Shown here: piece by piece, positions 1 through 9,266 of the stretch
How positions within the stretch are numbered: the first letter of the stretch is position 1
How the letters are laid out: each line of letters opens with the position of its first letter
Source: Candidatus Woesearchaeota archaeon
Lineage (GTDB): Archaea > Nanobdellota > Nanobdellia > Pacearchaeales > UBA284
Length of the DNA: 64,000 bases
Direction of reading: 5' to 3'
Assembly (NCBI GenBank): GCA_964396475.1
Contig: CAYNFE010000001.1
Coordinates: 69,474 to 133,473, forward strand
Program-made: the position numbers and the translations under genes
Notes under the pieces: model-generated
Databases searched by the model: none
What the model saw: only the letters and a program-made list of their open reading frames with translations
What the model was told of the DNA's origin: nothing

Positions 1-522
1 CTTAGGTTCGCTTTTAGGTTTGATTTCTTTTTCTTCTTTCTTCTCTCTTTCCTTTATTTCTTTTTCTTTCTTTTTTGTTTCTTTTTTCTCTGTTTTCTTT
101 TTTTCAGCCGCTTTCTTTTTCTTTATTTCAGCCTTCTTTTCTCTCTCTCTTTCAATTTTTTCTAAGAATTTTTTAATATTTAAGTTTGCGATATTAATTT
201 TTTTCTCAAGAGCTTTTTTCGCTATCTCTATTCTTCTTTTCTGTCCAACTTTTCCTATAAAAATAATTTCATCTTTCTTTATTTCCTCTAAATCTTTAAG
301 AGCATAAATTAATCTCTGTTTTAATCCATTTATTTTACCTCTTGTTTCTCTTGGAGCACCATAACCTATAGATGGTCTTTTACCGTATCCTCTTCTTCTC
401 TCTCTCATTTTATTATCTCTTCCCTTGGGTTTTCTCCATACTTGCTTCTTTTTCCTTCTCCTTCCCAATCTTGATTTTTTTGTATTATCTCTTCTTAAAA
501 AAGAGGATTTTTTTCTTTTCAT
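1..522 (-). CDS. rpl32e: 50S ribosomal protein L32e (eL32), partial; C-terminus runs off the window start
   Basis: Absent from the ORF track because it is open-ended. Hand translation from ATG 522-520 gives MKRKKSSFLRRDNTKKSRLGRRRKKKQVWRKPKGRDNKMRERRRGYGKRPSIGYGAPRETRG...IGKVGQKRRIEIAKKALEKKINIANLN, then a Lys/Glu-rich tail with no stop before position 1. Lies directly downstream of L6, as in archaeal spc operons. Confidence 0.85.
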   Translation of the reverse strand, partial: MKRKKSSFLRRDNTKKSRLGRRRKKKQVWRKPKGRDNKMRERRRGYGKRPSIGYGAPRETRGKINGLKQRLIYALKDLEEIKKDEIIFIGKVGQKRRIEIAKKALEKKINIANLNIKKFLEKIEREREKKAEIKKKKAAEKKKTEKKETKKKEKEIKEREKKEEKEIKPKSEPK

Positions 523-523
523 C

Positions 524-1081
524 TTAGTGTTTTGCTGATCTACCTTTTTCTTTTTTAATTATCCAAATTCCATCTTGAAATACTCTTTTGTCTTTCTTCC
601 TGATTCTTGAAGCACTCTCAATATCTGCAGCTTGCTGACCAGCTAATTCTTTATTTATCGAATTTATTTTAATAATATCTCCTTCTATTTTTATCTCAAC
701 ACCAGGTATAAGTTTTACAACTCTGTCTTTATTTTCACCAAGAAAATTTTTTATTATAAACAGATTTTTTTCTTTATCTATCTTGACACTTGTTGGAAAA
801 TGTGTTGAACATATTTGTAATTGGTATTCATAACCCTCGCTCACACCCTTAATCATATTTGCAATATGGGCAGCTATAGTATGAATTAATTTTTTCTCTT
901 TTTTTGAAGCTTTATTATACCATATAACTATCTGATTATTTTCTTTTTGTATCATAATATTTTTAATCTTAAAAGTTTTCTCTAGACTGCCAAGTGGACC
1001 ATTGACAACTACTATTGGCAATTCCACTTTTACTTCTATTTTTTCAGGAATCTCTATTGTTTTTTTAATTTCTTTTCTCAT
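524..1081 (-). CDS. rpl6: 50S ribosomal protein L6 (uL6)
   Basis: 185 aa ORF with a two-domain uL6-like sequence (IEIPEKIEVKVE..VVNGPLGSL). Position between S8 and L32e. Confidence 0.9.
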   Translation of the reverse strand: MRKEIKKTIEIPEKIEVKVELPIVVVNGPLGSLEKTFKIKNIMIQKENNQIVIWYNKASKKEKKLIHTIAAHIANMIKGVSEGYEYQLQICSTHFPTSVKIDKEKNLFIIKNFLGENKDRVVKLIPGVEIKIEGDIIKINSINKELAGQQAADIESASRIRKKDKRVFQDGIWIIKKEKGRSAKH

Positions 1082-1087
1082 TTTAGT

Positions 1088-1474
1088 TTAGTAGCAATAA
1101 GCAATCAAACTTCCCCCTATATTTTTTTCTATAGCATCTTTATGAGTCATCAAACCTTTATTGGTTGATATTATAATTATACCAAACCCTCTAGCAGGAA
1201 GATATCTTTTAACATATTTATCAAATTCATTTTTTTTCACAAAAAATCTAGGTTTGATTGCACCACATTTATTTAATTTTTTAATTTTTATCTTAACTTT
1301 CCTAAATCTATCTTCCTCAATTTCAAAATCTTCTATATACTCATTTTCTTTCAATATTTTTAACACACCAAGCATCAAGTTAGATACTGGCATAATAGCT
1401 GTTTCCTTTTTTCCAGCCTTTTTGCAATTCATCATATCATTCAACATATTTGAAAGCCAATCTCTTACTACCAT
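1088..1474 (-). CDS. rps8: 30S ribosomal protein S8 (uS8)
   Basis: 128 aa with a uS8-like C-terminus (STNKGLMTHKDAIEKNIGGSLIAYCY). Operon position S14-S8-L6. Confidence 0.9.
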   Translation of the reverse strand: MVVRDWLSNMLNDMMNCKKAGKKETAIMPVSNLMLGVLKILKENEYIEDFEIEEDRFRKVKIKIKKLNKCGAIKPRFFVKKNEFDKYVKRYLPARGFGIIIISTNKGLMTHKDAIEKNIGGSLIAYCY

Positions 1475-1482
1475 TTTTCCTC

Positions 1483-1725
1483 CTACATATATTTTTTAAA
1501 ACCTATTTCTTTAGCTATTTCTCTAAAACAGTGTCTGCATAAATGCAATCCATATTTTTTGATATGTGCACCATATCTTCCGCATCTCACACATTTATAA
1601 GCCGCTATCCCAAATTTACGATCTTTTGGTTTACAAAATTTTAAAAATCTGGCTTTTATTACTGGCTTATTTTCCAACTGCTTTAATATTTTTCTCCAAT
1701 CACTTGCTGTCATTTTATTCTTCAA
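1483..1725 (-). CDS. rps14: 30S ribosomal protein S14 (uS14), zinc-ribbon type
   Basis: [25 protein letters not shown] CxxC..CxxC motif typical of archaeal uS14. The N-terminus is about 25 aa longer than usual. Confidence 0.9.
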   Translation of the reverse strand: MKNKMTASDWRKILKQLENKPVIKARFLKFCKPKDRKFGIAAYKCVRCGRYGAHIKKYGLHLCRHCFREIAKEIGFKKYM

Positions 1726-2230
1726 TATTTATTTCAAAATTTTTTTTAAAATATTCTAGGGTTTCTTCTTTACTTATGCTGTGTTTTGGCCCTACCTTAC
1801 TTCTTGCTCTTTTTCTCTGAGATATTCTAAAACCAGGCCTCTTTAATTTAACAACAACATCAAAACCAAGTATCCCGATCTCTCTTTGATAAGATAGAGT
1901 TGGAATTTCGATATATTCTTTTATACCAAAACTTAAAAACCCACGATTGAACTGTTTTTTTCTAATGCTCGGAATTCCACCGAATAACATTTTCAATAGT
2001 TCATCAGTATTTTTCCTTATGGTTACTTTACAACCTATAGGCAATCCTGGCCTTATTTTAAAAGCTGGAATTCTCTTTTTAGCTAATGTTTTGACAGGAG
2101 TTGCTTTAGTAATTAATTTTAACATCATTATTGATCTTTTTAATTTTCCTGGATCTGCTGTTGCACAATGCAAAGTTATACTATCTATTTTGATCTGTTT
2201 CATTTTTTCTGTTTTATTTTCTTTATTCAT
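1715..2230 (-). CDS. rpl5: 50S ribosomal protein L5 (uL5)
   Basis: 171 aa with a uL5-like sequence ([26 protein letters not shown]). Operon position. Confidence 0.9.
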   Translation of the reverse strand: MNKENKTEKMKQIKIDSITLHCATADPGKLKRSIMMLKLITKATPVKTLAKKRIPAFKIRPGLPIGCKVTIRKNTDELLKMLFGGIPSIRKKQFNRGFLSFGIKEYIEIPTLSYQREIGILGFDVVVKLKRPGFRISQRKRARSKVGPKHSISKEETLEYFKKNFEINIEE

Positions 2231-2889
2231 TTGAATTCTCCCTTTTCTATCACAAATATGTTTTCCTTTGATATTTTGAAAGTTTTATCTTCAATAACAA
2301 CAGAAATTTTATTATCTATCTCAGAAATCTTTCCTATGTTTCCTATATGTTTTCCACCAATAATAAACACAAAAGCTCCCTTAGCTAATTTTAAACAGTC
2401 TATAATATTGTTTTTCTTTAAGTCTAGAATTAGAGTATCTCCAACTTTGAAATCTTTCTTGTCAGTTATAAGATTTTTTCCATCATATAAATTAATCTGT
2501 ATTTTATTGCCTTTGATATTTTTTTTACCTATCACCTTACAAGGTTTTTTCAAAGCTCTTTCCTTATTTATCTCTTGAATAATTAATTTACCTTTTTTTG
2601 TAAGATATAAACTAAATGTCTTTTCAAGTTTTTTAATATAAATTCTATCAAAAAGACCAACATTGAATTTTTCATCCTTAACTATCCTATTGTTAATAAA
2701 AACCAATCCTTCTTGCAGTACTTTTTTAGCCTCTTTTCTAGTTTTAACCTCTTTTAATAAATCTCGAAGTATTACTAATAATGGAAAGGATATTTTTGAA
2801 GTATAAGGACCCTTACCTCTAATAATAAATCTTTTTCCTTTCCTTGGCAGGGACCAACTTTTTGGCATAGCTATTCTTTTTAGATGCAT
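2227..2889 (-). CDS. rps4e: 30S ribosomal protein S4e (eS4)
   Basis: N-terminal MHLKRIAMPKSWSLPRKGKRFIIRGKGPY is the eS4 signature. Archaea/eukaryote-specific protein between L24 and L5. Confidence 0.9.
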   Translation of the reverse strand: MHLKRIAMPKSWSLPRKGKRFIIRGKGPYTSKISFPLLVILRDLLKEVKTRKEAKKVLQEGLVFINNRIVKDEKFNVGLFDRIYIKKLEKTFSLYLTKKGKLIIQEINKERALKKPCKVIGKKNIKGNKIQINLYDGKNLITDKKDFKVGDTLILDLKKNNIIDCLKLAKGAFVFIIGGKHIGNIGKISEIDNKISVVIEDKTFKISKENIFVIEKGEFK

Positions 2890-2890
2890 C

Positions 2891-3277
2891 TTATTTTTCT
2901 CCTCTATTCAATTTTTTATTTCTTTTTTTATCTTCTAAATTTAATTCCAAAATTATTAAGTTAGATGGATGGAATGGAACATTGACTTTTGTTCCATCTT
3001 TTCTTGTTTTTTGTATTCCTTCTATATATACAATTATTTTTTTTGTACTAATTACAGATACCTTTCCCTTTTTCCCTTTAAATGTTCCTCTAATTATCTT
3101 AACTGTATCTCCTTTTTTTACAGGGAAAGATCTTTTCTTGTATTTTTTCTTAAGTTCTTTTGATAAATGTGTAGCTAACATTTTGTATTTCAAATGTAAG
3201 GGGGCTTTCGCTTTGTATTTTCTCTGTTTTCTAGGCTGTTTAGATGCCTTCCATTTCTTTGAAAATTTTTGTTTCAT
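2891..3277 (-). CDS. rpl24: 50S ribosomal protein L24 (uL24)
   Basis: SKQPRKQRKY..APLHLKYKMLATHLSKELKKKYKKRSFPVKKGDTVKIIRGTFKGKKGKV (KOW motif). Operon position. Confidence 0.9.
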   Translation of the reverse strand: MKQKFSKKWKASKQPRKQRKYKAKAPLHLKYKMLATHLSKELKKKYKKRSFPVKKGDTVKIIRGTFKGKKGKVSVISTKKIIVYIEGIQKTRKDGTKVNVPFHPSNLIILELNLEDKKRNKKLNRGEK

Positions 3278-3295
3278 TTTTTTTATTTTTAATAT

Positions 3296-3697
3296 TTAAA
3301 TAATTAAACTTGCTATTCTAGAGATAAAGGGCCATCTATCTGCAGATTCTCTAGCAATAGGACCTTTAATTTGGGTTCCTTTTGGATTTCCTTCTTTATC
3401 TTTAAGCAAGACAACAGCATTATCAGCAAAACTTATATGTTCTCCAGTAGCTCTTCTATATTCTTTTTTCTGCCTTACAACCACAGCAAAGAACACTTGT
3501 TTTTTCATTTTAGGATTTCCTTTACGAACACTTACTCTTACTAAATCTGCTACGCCACAGGCTAGCTGTCTTCCTTTTCTACCCTTTCCTCTCTTTACTG
3601 CCACGATTCTTACAATCTTTGCTCCACTGTTGTCAGCAACATTCACTCTACCTCCAAGATTTATTCCTTTTATTATTCTAGCTGATACTGCTTTCAT
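3296..3697 (-). CDS. rpl14: 50S ribosomal protein L14 (uL14)
   Basis: 133 aa with highly conserved uL14 sequence (VADNSGAK...FADNAVVLL...GTQIKGPIARE). Confidence 0.95.
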   Translation of the reverse strand: MKAVSARIIKGINLGGRVNVADNSGAKIVRIVAVKRGKGRKGRQLACGVADLVRVSVRKGNPKMKKQVFFAVVVRQKKEYRRATGEHISFADNAVVLLKDKEGNPKGTQIKGPIARESADRWPFISRIASLII

Positions 3698-4032
3698 TTT
3701 ATCTTTTCAATCACGATGAAATGTATGATCTTGCTTAAAGGCCTACATTCACCAATCTTTACTATATCTCCAATATTTATTTTTCCGATTAAACATTCAG
3801 GTAAGTAAGCATGTAATTTTGTGGAGGTTTTGGAGAAACGTTCATATTTTTTATTATAAACCAATCTTTCAAACTCAATAACCACTCTTTGACCAATCAC
3901 TTTTATAACAGCACCCCGGAAATATCTCCCACGTATGCTCAATTGTCCATGAGTAGGACACTTCTTATCATTACACTTCACAGTATCTTTTTTTTCTTTA
4001 TTTTTTCCTTCTTTCTTTTCCTTCATTTTCAA
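3694..4032 (-). CDS. rps17: 30S ribosomal protein S17 (uS17)
   Basis: CPTHGQLSIRGRYFRGAVIK...KLHAYLPEC...GDIVKIGECRPLSK matches archaeal uS17. Overlaps the upstream rnp1 by 35 nt, so the true start could be a later Met. Confidence 0.9.
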   Translation of the reverse strand: MKMKEKKEGKNKEKKDTVKCNDKKCPTHGQLSIRGRYFRGAVIKVIGQRVVIEFERLVYNKKYERFSKTSTKLHAYLPECLIGKINIGDIVKIGECRPLSKIIHFIVIEKIK

Positions 4033-4204
4033 TCCTGAATTTTATCTGTTCTTTAAGTAATTTTTTTATTCCTTTTCTTGTCTCAACCACAAGCAAATTT
4101 TTTGTCTCATCTATCACTTTACCTTTTATTCCTTTAAGTGATGTATTCTTTGCATCCACTATCTTTATTTTGTTCCCTATCAATAACTGCGATACTTTCT
4201 TCAT
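3998..4204 (-). CDS. rnp1: RNase P protein component 1 (Rpp29/Pop4), minimal form
   Basis: 68 aa: LIGNKIKIVDAKNTSLKGIKGKVIDETKNLLVVET..G matches the Sm-like Rpp29 core. Conserved archaeal position between L29/SUI1 and S17. Confidence 0.7.
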   Translation of the reverse strand: MKKVSQLLIGNKIKIVDAKNTSLKGIKGKVIDETKNLLVVETRKGIKKLLKEQIKFRIENEGKERRKK

Positions 4205-4234
4205 TTTTTCTTGTTTTTATTAACTTGTATTTTT

Positions 4235-4525
4235 TTATTCTATATTTTCTTTGTTGAAACCCATTTCTATCAATTTTTCTTTTACACTTTTCACATGATT
4301 TCCCTGCAATTCTATTGTGCTGTTCTTCACTGTACCTCCACACGCTAATTCTTCTTTTAATTTTTTTGCTGTTCCTTTAGTATCACTATCAATTCCTGAA
4401 ATCATTGTCACTATTTTTCCAAATCTTCTTTTCGTTGTCCGAATTTTTATTTTTTGTTTTGTTTTTGCTAATTCTTTACAAATACAAGCTTCTGTTGGTA
4501 AGCCACAATTTGGGCATATATTCAT
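4235..4525 (-). CDS. sui1: translation initiation factor SUI1 (aIF1)
   Basis: N-terminal CxxC..CxC knuckle followed by KIKIRTTKRRFGKIVTMISG...LKEELACGGTVKNSTIELQGNH, the SUI1 fold signature. Confidence 0.85.
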   Translation of the reverse strand: MNICPNCGLPTEACICKELAKTKQKIKIRTTKRRFGKIVTMISGIDSDTKGTAKKLKEELACGGTVKNSTIELQGNHVKSVKEKLIEMGFNKENIE

Positions 4526-4526
4526 C

Positions 4527-4721
4527 TTATTCTTTGGTTTGATTTAGCTGAGTATGAATTCTTGCCATCGTTCTTTTAATTTCCTTTAATTTTTTAGTTC
4601 CGGCAGTTGCCTGGCCTTTTTGTATTCTTAATTTTAATAGTTCTAATTTAAGCTCTTGTAATCTGTCTAATAGTTCTTTTTTATTCAAATTTTTTATTTC
4701 TCTATTTCTCAATACAGCCAT
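4527..4721 (-). CDS. rpl29: 50S ribosomal protein L29 (uL29)
   Basis: 64 aa helical protein (LRNREIKNLNKKELLDRLQELKLELLKLR). Position between S3 and SUI1. Confidence 0.85.
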   Translation of the reverse strand: MAVLRNREIKNLNKKELLDRLQELKLELLKLRIQKGQATAGTKKLKEIKRTMARIHTQLNQTKE

Positions 4722-4722
4722 T

Positions 4723-5487
4723 TTATTCTTTCCTTTCCTCTACTTTTTCTTTTATTTCTTCTTTCTTTTTTGTCTTTTTCTTTTTCTTAATTTTTTTGGT
4801 TATTTTTTTCTTTATTTCTTCCTTTTTAGCTTCCTCTTCTTCTTTAATTTTTCTTTCAGTCTCATTGAGCTTTTCTTTTATTTCTTCTTCTTTTATTTCT
4901 TCATTTATTTCTATTTTATCAGGAATTTTTGTACCTTTTGGAACTATGGCTACTTTTACTCCAACAACTCCAGGTCTAGTGAATGCTTTTGATGTGGCCC
5001 TTCTTACAATCTTTGTTTCTCCAGTCTTACTAAGATAGCCAAAAGCAAAACGCCAGCTTCTTGAACGTTGACTTGGCAATCTACCACTTAATCTTATTTC
5101 TGCACCAAGAGCACCTGCCCTCATAATACGTTCAAGCTGTCTATAAGCAATTAATTTAAAACTAAGTGGACCAAACCTTTCAAGTGATAATGCTATCTGG
5201 TCTGCAACAGTTTGAGCATCAAATATTGGTTCTTGAAGTTCTGATACTTCTATTTGTGGGTTCTCTAGTTTGAATTTTTTCTTTATTGATTCATTTATTT
5301 TTCGAATAATCTCTCCACCACGGCCTATGACTAGCCCAGGTCTAGAGGTAATAATAACAATTTTTTCTCCTACTGGTGTTCTTTCAATTCTAACTTCACT
5401 AATCTTCCCTTTTCCAATAATTGTTTTTATGAACTCTTTTATTTCAAATTCCTGTTTTTTTGCTTCAATAAATTTCTTTTCAATCAT
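4723..5487 (-). CDS. rps3: 30S ribosomal protein S3 (uS3) with Lys/Glu-rich C-terminal tail
   Basis: KH domain (VIITSRPGLVIGRGGEIIRKI) plus the uS3 C-domain. The last ~60 aa are low-complexity K/E. Confidence 0.9.
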   Translation of the reverse strand: MIEKKFIEAKKQEFEIKEFIKTIIGKGKISEVRIERTPVGEKIVIITSRPGLVIGRGGEIIRKINESIKKKFKLENPQIEVSELQEPIFDAQTVADQIALSLERFGPLSFKLIAYRQLERIMRAGALGAEIRLSGRLPSQRSRSWRFAFGYLSKTGETKIVRRATSKAFTRPGVVGVKVAIVPKGTKIPDKIEINEEIKEEEIKEKLNETERKIKEEEEAKKEEIKKKITKKIKKKKKTKKKEEIKEKVEERKE

Positions 5488-6050
5488 TTTTCTTCTTCTC
5501 CTTTCTTTTTTTCTTTCTCTGTTTCTTTTGTTTTTTCTTCCTTAGATTCGCTCTTAGGCTTGATTTCTTCTTTCTTCTCTTGCTTTTTTTCTTTTTTAGT
5601 TTCCTTTTTGATCTCAATTGTTTCAAGATTCACATGTGTTCTTTTGAAATGTTTTCCACCATATGCTATTCTTGTTCCTCTATAAGGTCTAGAAGCTTTA
5701 TTTGCAATAGCTTTACTTATAATCAAAGAATCTGCGTCAAGTCCTTTTGTTGTAGCGTTAGCTATAAGATTTTTTAATAATTTAATAAAATATTTTGATG
5801 CCTTTATAGGATATCTTCCAGAAGGTTTTCCTTTTGGCATGTTTTTCCTATGTGGAATCTCTCCTTTCATAGGAACAGCAACTTTTGCTCTTATCACTTT
5901 TTCTAAAATTTCTAATGCTTTCTGCGGATTTTTCCCTTTAATGAATATACATATAGCAATGGAATGTTTTGTGCTAATAGGAAGGTTTTTTCCTACTGCT
6001 TTTGCTATCTTTACTTTTTTCTTTTCTTGCTTCTTTTCTTTTTCTGTCAT
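5484..6050 (-). CDS. rpl22: 50S ribosomal protein L22 (uL22) with K/E-rich N- and C-terminal extensions
   Basis: Core KAVGKNLPISTKHSIAICIFIKGKN...GRYPIKASKYFIKLLKNLIANA matches uL22. Both termini are K/E low complexity. Confidence 0.9.
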   Translation of the reverse strand: MTEKEKKQEKKKVKIAKAVGKNLPISTKHSIAICIFIKGKNPQKALEILEKVIRAKVAVPMKGEIPHRKNMPKGKPSGRYPIKASKYFIKLLKNLIANATTKGLDADSLIISKAIANKASRPYRGTRIAYGGKHFKRTHVNLETIEIKKETKKEKKQEKKEEIKPKSESKEEKTKETEKEKKKGEEEK

Positions 6051-6064
6051 TTTATTATTTATTA

Positions 6065-6451
6065 TTATTTAACTGAAAGGAAGGCTGAGCTTCTTGTAGC
6101 ACCTATACCAGGAGTTCCGTGTTGGATTTTTCCCCTAGTTTGTGCAAATTCTCCAAGCCTATGTCCAAGCATCTCTTCAACTATTTCGATAGAGATAAAT
6201 TCCTTACCATTATAGACATTAATCGTAAGACCAACCATTTGTGGTACAATTATTATATTTCTTCTGTGTGTTCTGATAGATTTTCCTTTTTCAGCCTTCT
6301 TCTCACACTGTTTTAAAAATTTCTCTATTGATTCTGTCTGTCTTAAAAGACTTCTTCTTTTCCTCGAAGGTAAAAATTTAGAAAATTCTCTCAGATCTAG
6401 AATTTTTAATTCAGATATTGATTTACCCCTATAATTAAATTCTTTTACCAT
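6065..6451 (-). CDS. rps19: 30S ribosomal protein S19 (uS19)
   Basis: VPQMVGLTINVYNGKEFISIEIVEEMLGHRLGEFAQTR is the uS19 signature. Confidence 0.9.
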   Translation of the reverse strand: MVKEFNYRGKSISELKILDLREFSKFLPSRKRRSLLRQTESIEKFLKQCEKKAEKGKSIRTHRRNIIIVPQMVGLTINVYNGKEFISIEIVEEMLGHRLGEFAQTRGKIQHGTPGIGATRSSAFLSVK

Positions 6452-6452
6452 T

Positions 6453-7154
6453 TTATTTTCTCTTTCCAGTCCTCCTTGGTCTTAACAATCCAACTTTTTT
6501 TCCAGGTGGCGCATTTCTTTTTGGTATCTTACTTTTGATTCTTTTTCCTCTTCCAGAACCAAAAGGATGGTCTATCACATTCATTTTAACAGCACTTGTT
6601 CGTGGATAGATTCTACCACCTACAGCTTTTTTCATATGAAACATCTTTCCTGCCTTAATTATTGGTTTTTCATGTCTGCCACTTGCAGAGACTATTCCAA
6701 CAGTGACTCTGACATTAGGATTAAGAAATTTTTCTTTTTTAGAGGGTAATTGAACATAAATTCCTTTAACATCTTTTTTTCTCACTTTTGCAGTAGAACC
6801 ACTTGTCCTAACTAGCTTTGGACCGGTGCCTGGTCTAGTTTCTATGTTAAAAATAGATGTGCCTATTGGAAGATTACCTAAACTAACAATATTACCAGAA
6901 GAAATTTTTGCTTTCTTTCCAATTTCTATTTTTTGTCCTTCATACATATTTTCAGCAGCAATATTATAGAAAATCTTGCCATTCAATCTTATCTTGGCTA
7001 TTGGAGCACTGTAACAAGCAATATTAATCAATTTTTCAACTACACCAATTCCTTCTGTTGATGGATAACTCACACTAATTCTGAATGCTTTTTTCCTAGT
7101 TCTATAAGTGAGACTTCCTTTTCCTCTTGCTTGCTGTATTATCCTTTTTCCCAT
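6453..7154 (-). CDS. rpl2: 50S ribosomal protein L2 (uL2)
   Basis: 233 aa: GNLPIGTSIFNIETRPGTGPKLVRTSGSTA...MNVIDHPFGSG. Confidence 0.95.
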   Translation of the reverse strand: MGKRIIQQARGKGSLTYRTRKKAFRISVSYPSTEGIGVVEKLINIACYSAPIAKIRLNGKIFYNIAAENMYEGQKIEIGKKAKISSGNIVSLGNLPIGTSIFNIETRPGTGPKLVRTSGSTAKVRKKDVKGIYVQLPSKKEKFLNPNVRVTVGIVSASGRHEKPIIKAGKMFHMKKAVGGRIYPRTSAVKMNVIDHPFGSGRGKRIKSKIPKRNAPPGKKVGLLRPRRTGKRK

Positions 7155-7155
7155 T

Positions 7156-7407
7156 TTATATTATTCCAAGTTTTGTTGCAATATCAATAGCCGGACTTTC
7201 TGGCTTTAATTTGATAAAAGCAATTTTTTTATTGTTTCTTATTTGAACATTCACACTTTTAACTTTAGCCTTAAAATTCTCTGTGAGAGCCTTGGCTATC
7301 TCTGCTTTTGTAGCTTTCATATCAACCACAAAAACAATCTTGTTTTCAATTTCTATCATTTTAATTGCTTTTTCTGTTGTTAGAGGATAAAATAATATTT
7401 TTTTCAT
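7156..7407 (-). CDS. rpl23: 50S ribosomal protein L23 (uL23)
   Basis: 83 aa: YPLTTEKAIKMIEIENKIVFVVDMKATKAEIAKAL. Operon position. Confidence 0.9.
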   Translation of the reverse strand: MKKILFYPLTTEKAIKMIEIENKIVFVVDMKATKAEIAKALTENFKAKVKSVNVQIRNNKKIAFIKLKPESPAIDIATKLGII

Positions 7408-8186
7408 TTTAATTCTCCTACTGCTTTTTCAGTCCATACCGTGAGTCTTCCAGGAACTCCACCTGGAGCAAGAGTAGAGATATTTAATTGATTTACAGAA
7501 GTTATATCAAGACCAAAATTTTTTAATTTTTTTGCTTTCTCTTGTGCGGAAGTAATAAACAGAATTTTTGAACTTTTTTTATATTTTCTTCCTCTTCTTT
7601 TTCCCTTTCCAGCTCTTACTTTCTTAGTTAATTTAATTTTTGTTCCTATTAATTTTGATAAAAAAGCTATGATATCTTTAGATTTTTTTTCTAGGATTGA
7701 GGATTCTATTATTAAAGGAAGATCAGAAGAAACATTTATCTTAGAATATTTTTTTTCAAGAATTTTTTTTGATGCAGTAGCTGCAATTGCTCCTTGAATT
7801 GCAATCTTTTTTTCCCTGATATTTATTTTTTTCCTTCTCTTAACTGCCTTAGGAGGATGTGCTGCCATACCTCCAACAGTTCCTGAAATAAAAGCACCTT
7901 TCCAGTTAAATCTCTCTCCTCTTCTAGAAAGAACTTTTCTAGGAACTCTTGAAACTCCTAGACCATAAAGAGTTTTATAGCGATGCCTTCTGTGGCTTTG
8001 TTTACTACTTCCAGCTCCTTTTCCAGCTAGAGAATAAGAACCATAAGGCTGTTGTTTCTTTGTTGTTTCAAAAACCTTATGAATTATATCATTTCTAACC
8101 ATGACTCTGAACACAGCAGGTAATTCAATTTCTTTGACTTTTTTCCCTTCGAATCCAATCACAGCGACTTTCATTTTAGATATCAT
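7404..8186 (-). CDS. rpl4: 50S ribosomal protein L4 (uL4)
   Basis: 260 aa with archaeal L4/L1e-like sequence (GVSRVPRKVLSRRGERFNWKGAFISGTVGG). Position between L3 and L23. Confidence 0.9.
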   Translation of the reverse strand: MISKMKVAVIGFEGKKVKEIELPAVFRVMVRNDIIHKVFETTKKQQPYGSYSLAGKGAGSSKQSHRRHRYKTLYGLGVSRVPRKVLSRRGERFNWKGAFISGTVGGMAAHPPKAVKRRKKINIREKKIAIQGAIAATASKKILEKKYSKINVSSDLPLIIESSILEKKSKDIIAFLSKLIGTKIKLTKKVRAGKGKRRGRKYKKSSKILFITSAQEKAKKLKNFGLDITSVNQLNISTLAPGGVPGRLTVWTEKAVGELK

Positions 8187-8188
8187 CT

Positions 8189-9160
8189 TTATTTCAATAA
8201 TTTTAAAATATCATAATTTTTTTTGGAGGTTTTTTTTGTTTCGCGTAGAGGTGATGTGAGAAGTAACTGTCTTTTTGGAGCACCCTGTACAGAGCCCCTA
8301 AGTAATATATAATTTGTTTTTATCTTACCATAATGAGGGAATTCAAAAGAAAATTTTTCAATATTTTTAGCAGAACCAGAGTCCAAAAGTTTAGAATTAT
8401 ATTGAAGACGCGTAAAGAAACCATACTGACCAGCCATAGGAGCTCTAAAAGTAACTCTTGAAGGGGTCCAAGCCCCTAAGCTTCCTGGTCTTCTTCTACC
8501 TTTCTCAGATTTATGTTGTTTAAGACTTATACCGAAACGTTTTACAGGTCCTGAAAATCCGTGTCCTTTTGTCAACCCTCTTACATCAATAATCTGGTTT
8601 TCCTTGAAAAAATCCTCTAATTTAAGCTCTTTATCAACATATTTTTTAACAAATTCAAATTTTTCTGAGACATTTCCTCCAAGACCGATTTCAGCTATGT
8701 CTGGACTCTTCTTTATTCCTGTTTCCTTAGGAACACTATAAACAATTATATGTATATCATCATATATGCTTAGTTTCTTTTCAATCTCATTTAGTTTTTC
8801 AATAATTTTTGTTTTTTGTTTTGGAATTTTTATTTTACTTTTTATTTCTTTATCGAGATTATTAGAAAAAAGATCAAAAATAACTTTATTATTCTTATAG
8901 AATCTTATCACAAAAATTTTCATAGAAGGACACTCAATTAAAGTAGAAGGAATTATTATTTGTTTATTTTTAGTTAGAGAATCAGGTGTTAAATCACGAG
9001 CAAAAACACGTATCATTCCTACCTTATAACCAATAAAACCAAGAAGACCATTATGTTTTTTTTGCAGAGGTTTCCAGTTTACACTAGGTAAAAGTTTAAC
9101 TGCTTTCTTTCTTGGCCAGAACTGTAACGAACCAGCCCTTGGCTTGTGTGTCTTTGGCAT
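8189..9160 (-). CDS. rpl3: 50S ribosomal protein L3 (uL3)
   Basis: 323 aa: PRAGSLQFWPRKKA...GYKVGM...KGHGFSGPVKRFG. First gene of the ribosomal super-operon. Confidence 0.95.
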   Translation of the reverse strand: MPKTHKPRAGSLQFWPRKKAVKLLPSVNWKPLQKKHNGLLGFIGYKVGMIRVFARDLTPDSLTKNKQIIIPSTLIECPSMKIFVIRFYKNNKVIFDLFSNNLDKEIKSKIKIPKQKTKIIEKLNEIEKKLSIYDDIHIIVYSVPKETGIKKSPDIAEIGLGGNVSEKFEFVKKYVDKELKLEDFFKENQIIDVRGLTKGHGFSGPVKRFGISLKQHKSEKGRRRPGSLGAWTPSRVTFRAPMAGQYGFFTRLQYNSKLLDSGSAKNIEKFSFEFPHYGKIKTNYILLRGSVQGAPKRQLLLTSPLRETKKTSKKNYDILKLLK

Positions 9161-9266
9161 TTCTGATAGCTAAATTTATTTTTAGTGTCATTCTACCCAA
9201 TACAAACCTCATAAAGGTAAGGACCCATAAAAATTAATCCGATGTTCTTTATAAAGTTTACTGAGC

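Noticed and set aside
20-307. Phe/Ser/Leu-rich plus-strand ORF, with many similar ones in the track (1161..1499, 1947..2234, 2168..2578, 2982..3299, 4796..5038, 5270..5545, 59757..60047, 60159..60438, 62669..962 etc.)
   Set aside because: They are antisense reading frames of K/E/N-rich genes (AAG/GAA/AAA read backwards gives CTT/TTC/TTT). They have low-complexity F/S/L composition, no family resemblance, and overlap confidently identified genes.
4134-4343. 69 aa minus-strand ORF bridging rnp1 and sui1
   Set aside because: It is an alternative frame overlapping two well-supported genes, and its sequence resembles no known family.
9161-9266. Promoter of the ribosomal super-operon (TAAAAATAAATTTA on the minus strand at 9171-9184)
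   Set aside because: The element lies only 11-24 nt from the L3 ATG, which is borderline for archaeal TATA spacing. In this AT-rich background many such strings occur by chance, so it is not reported as a feature.
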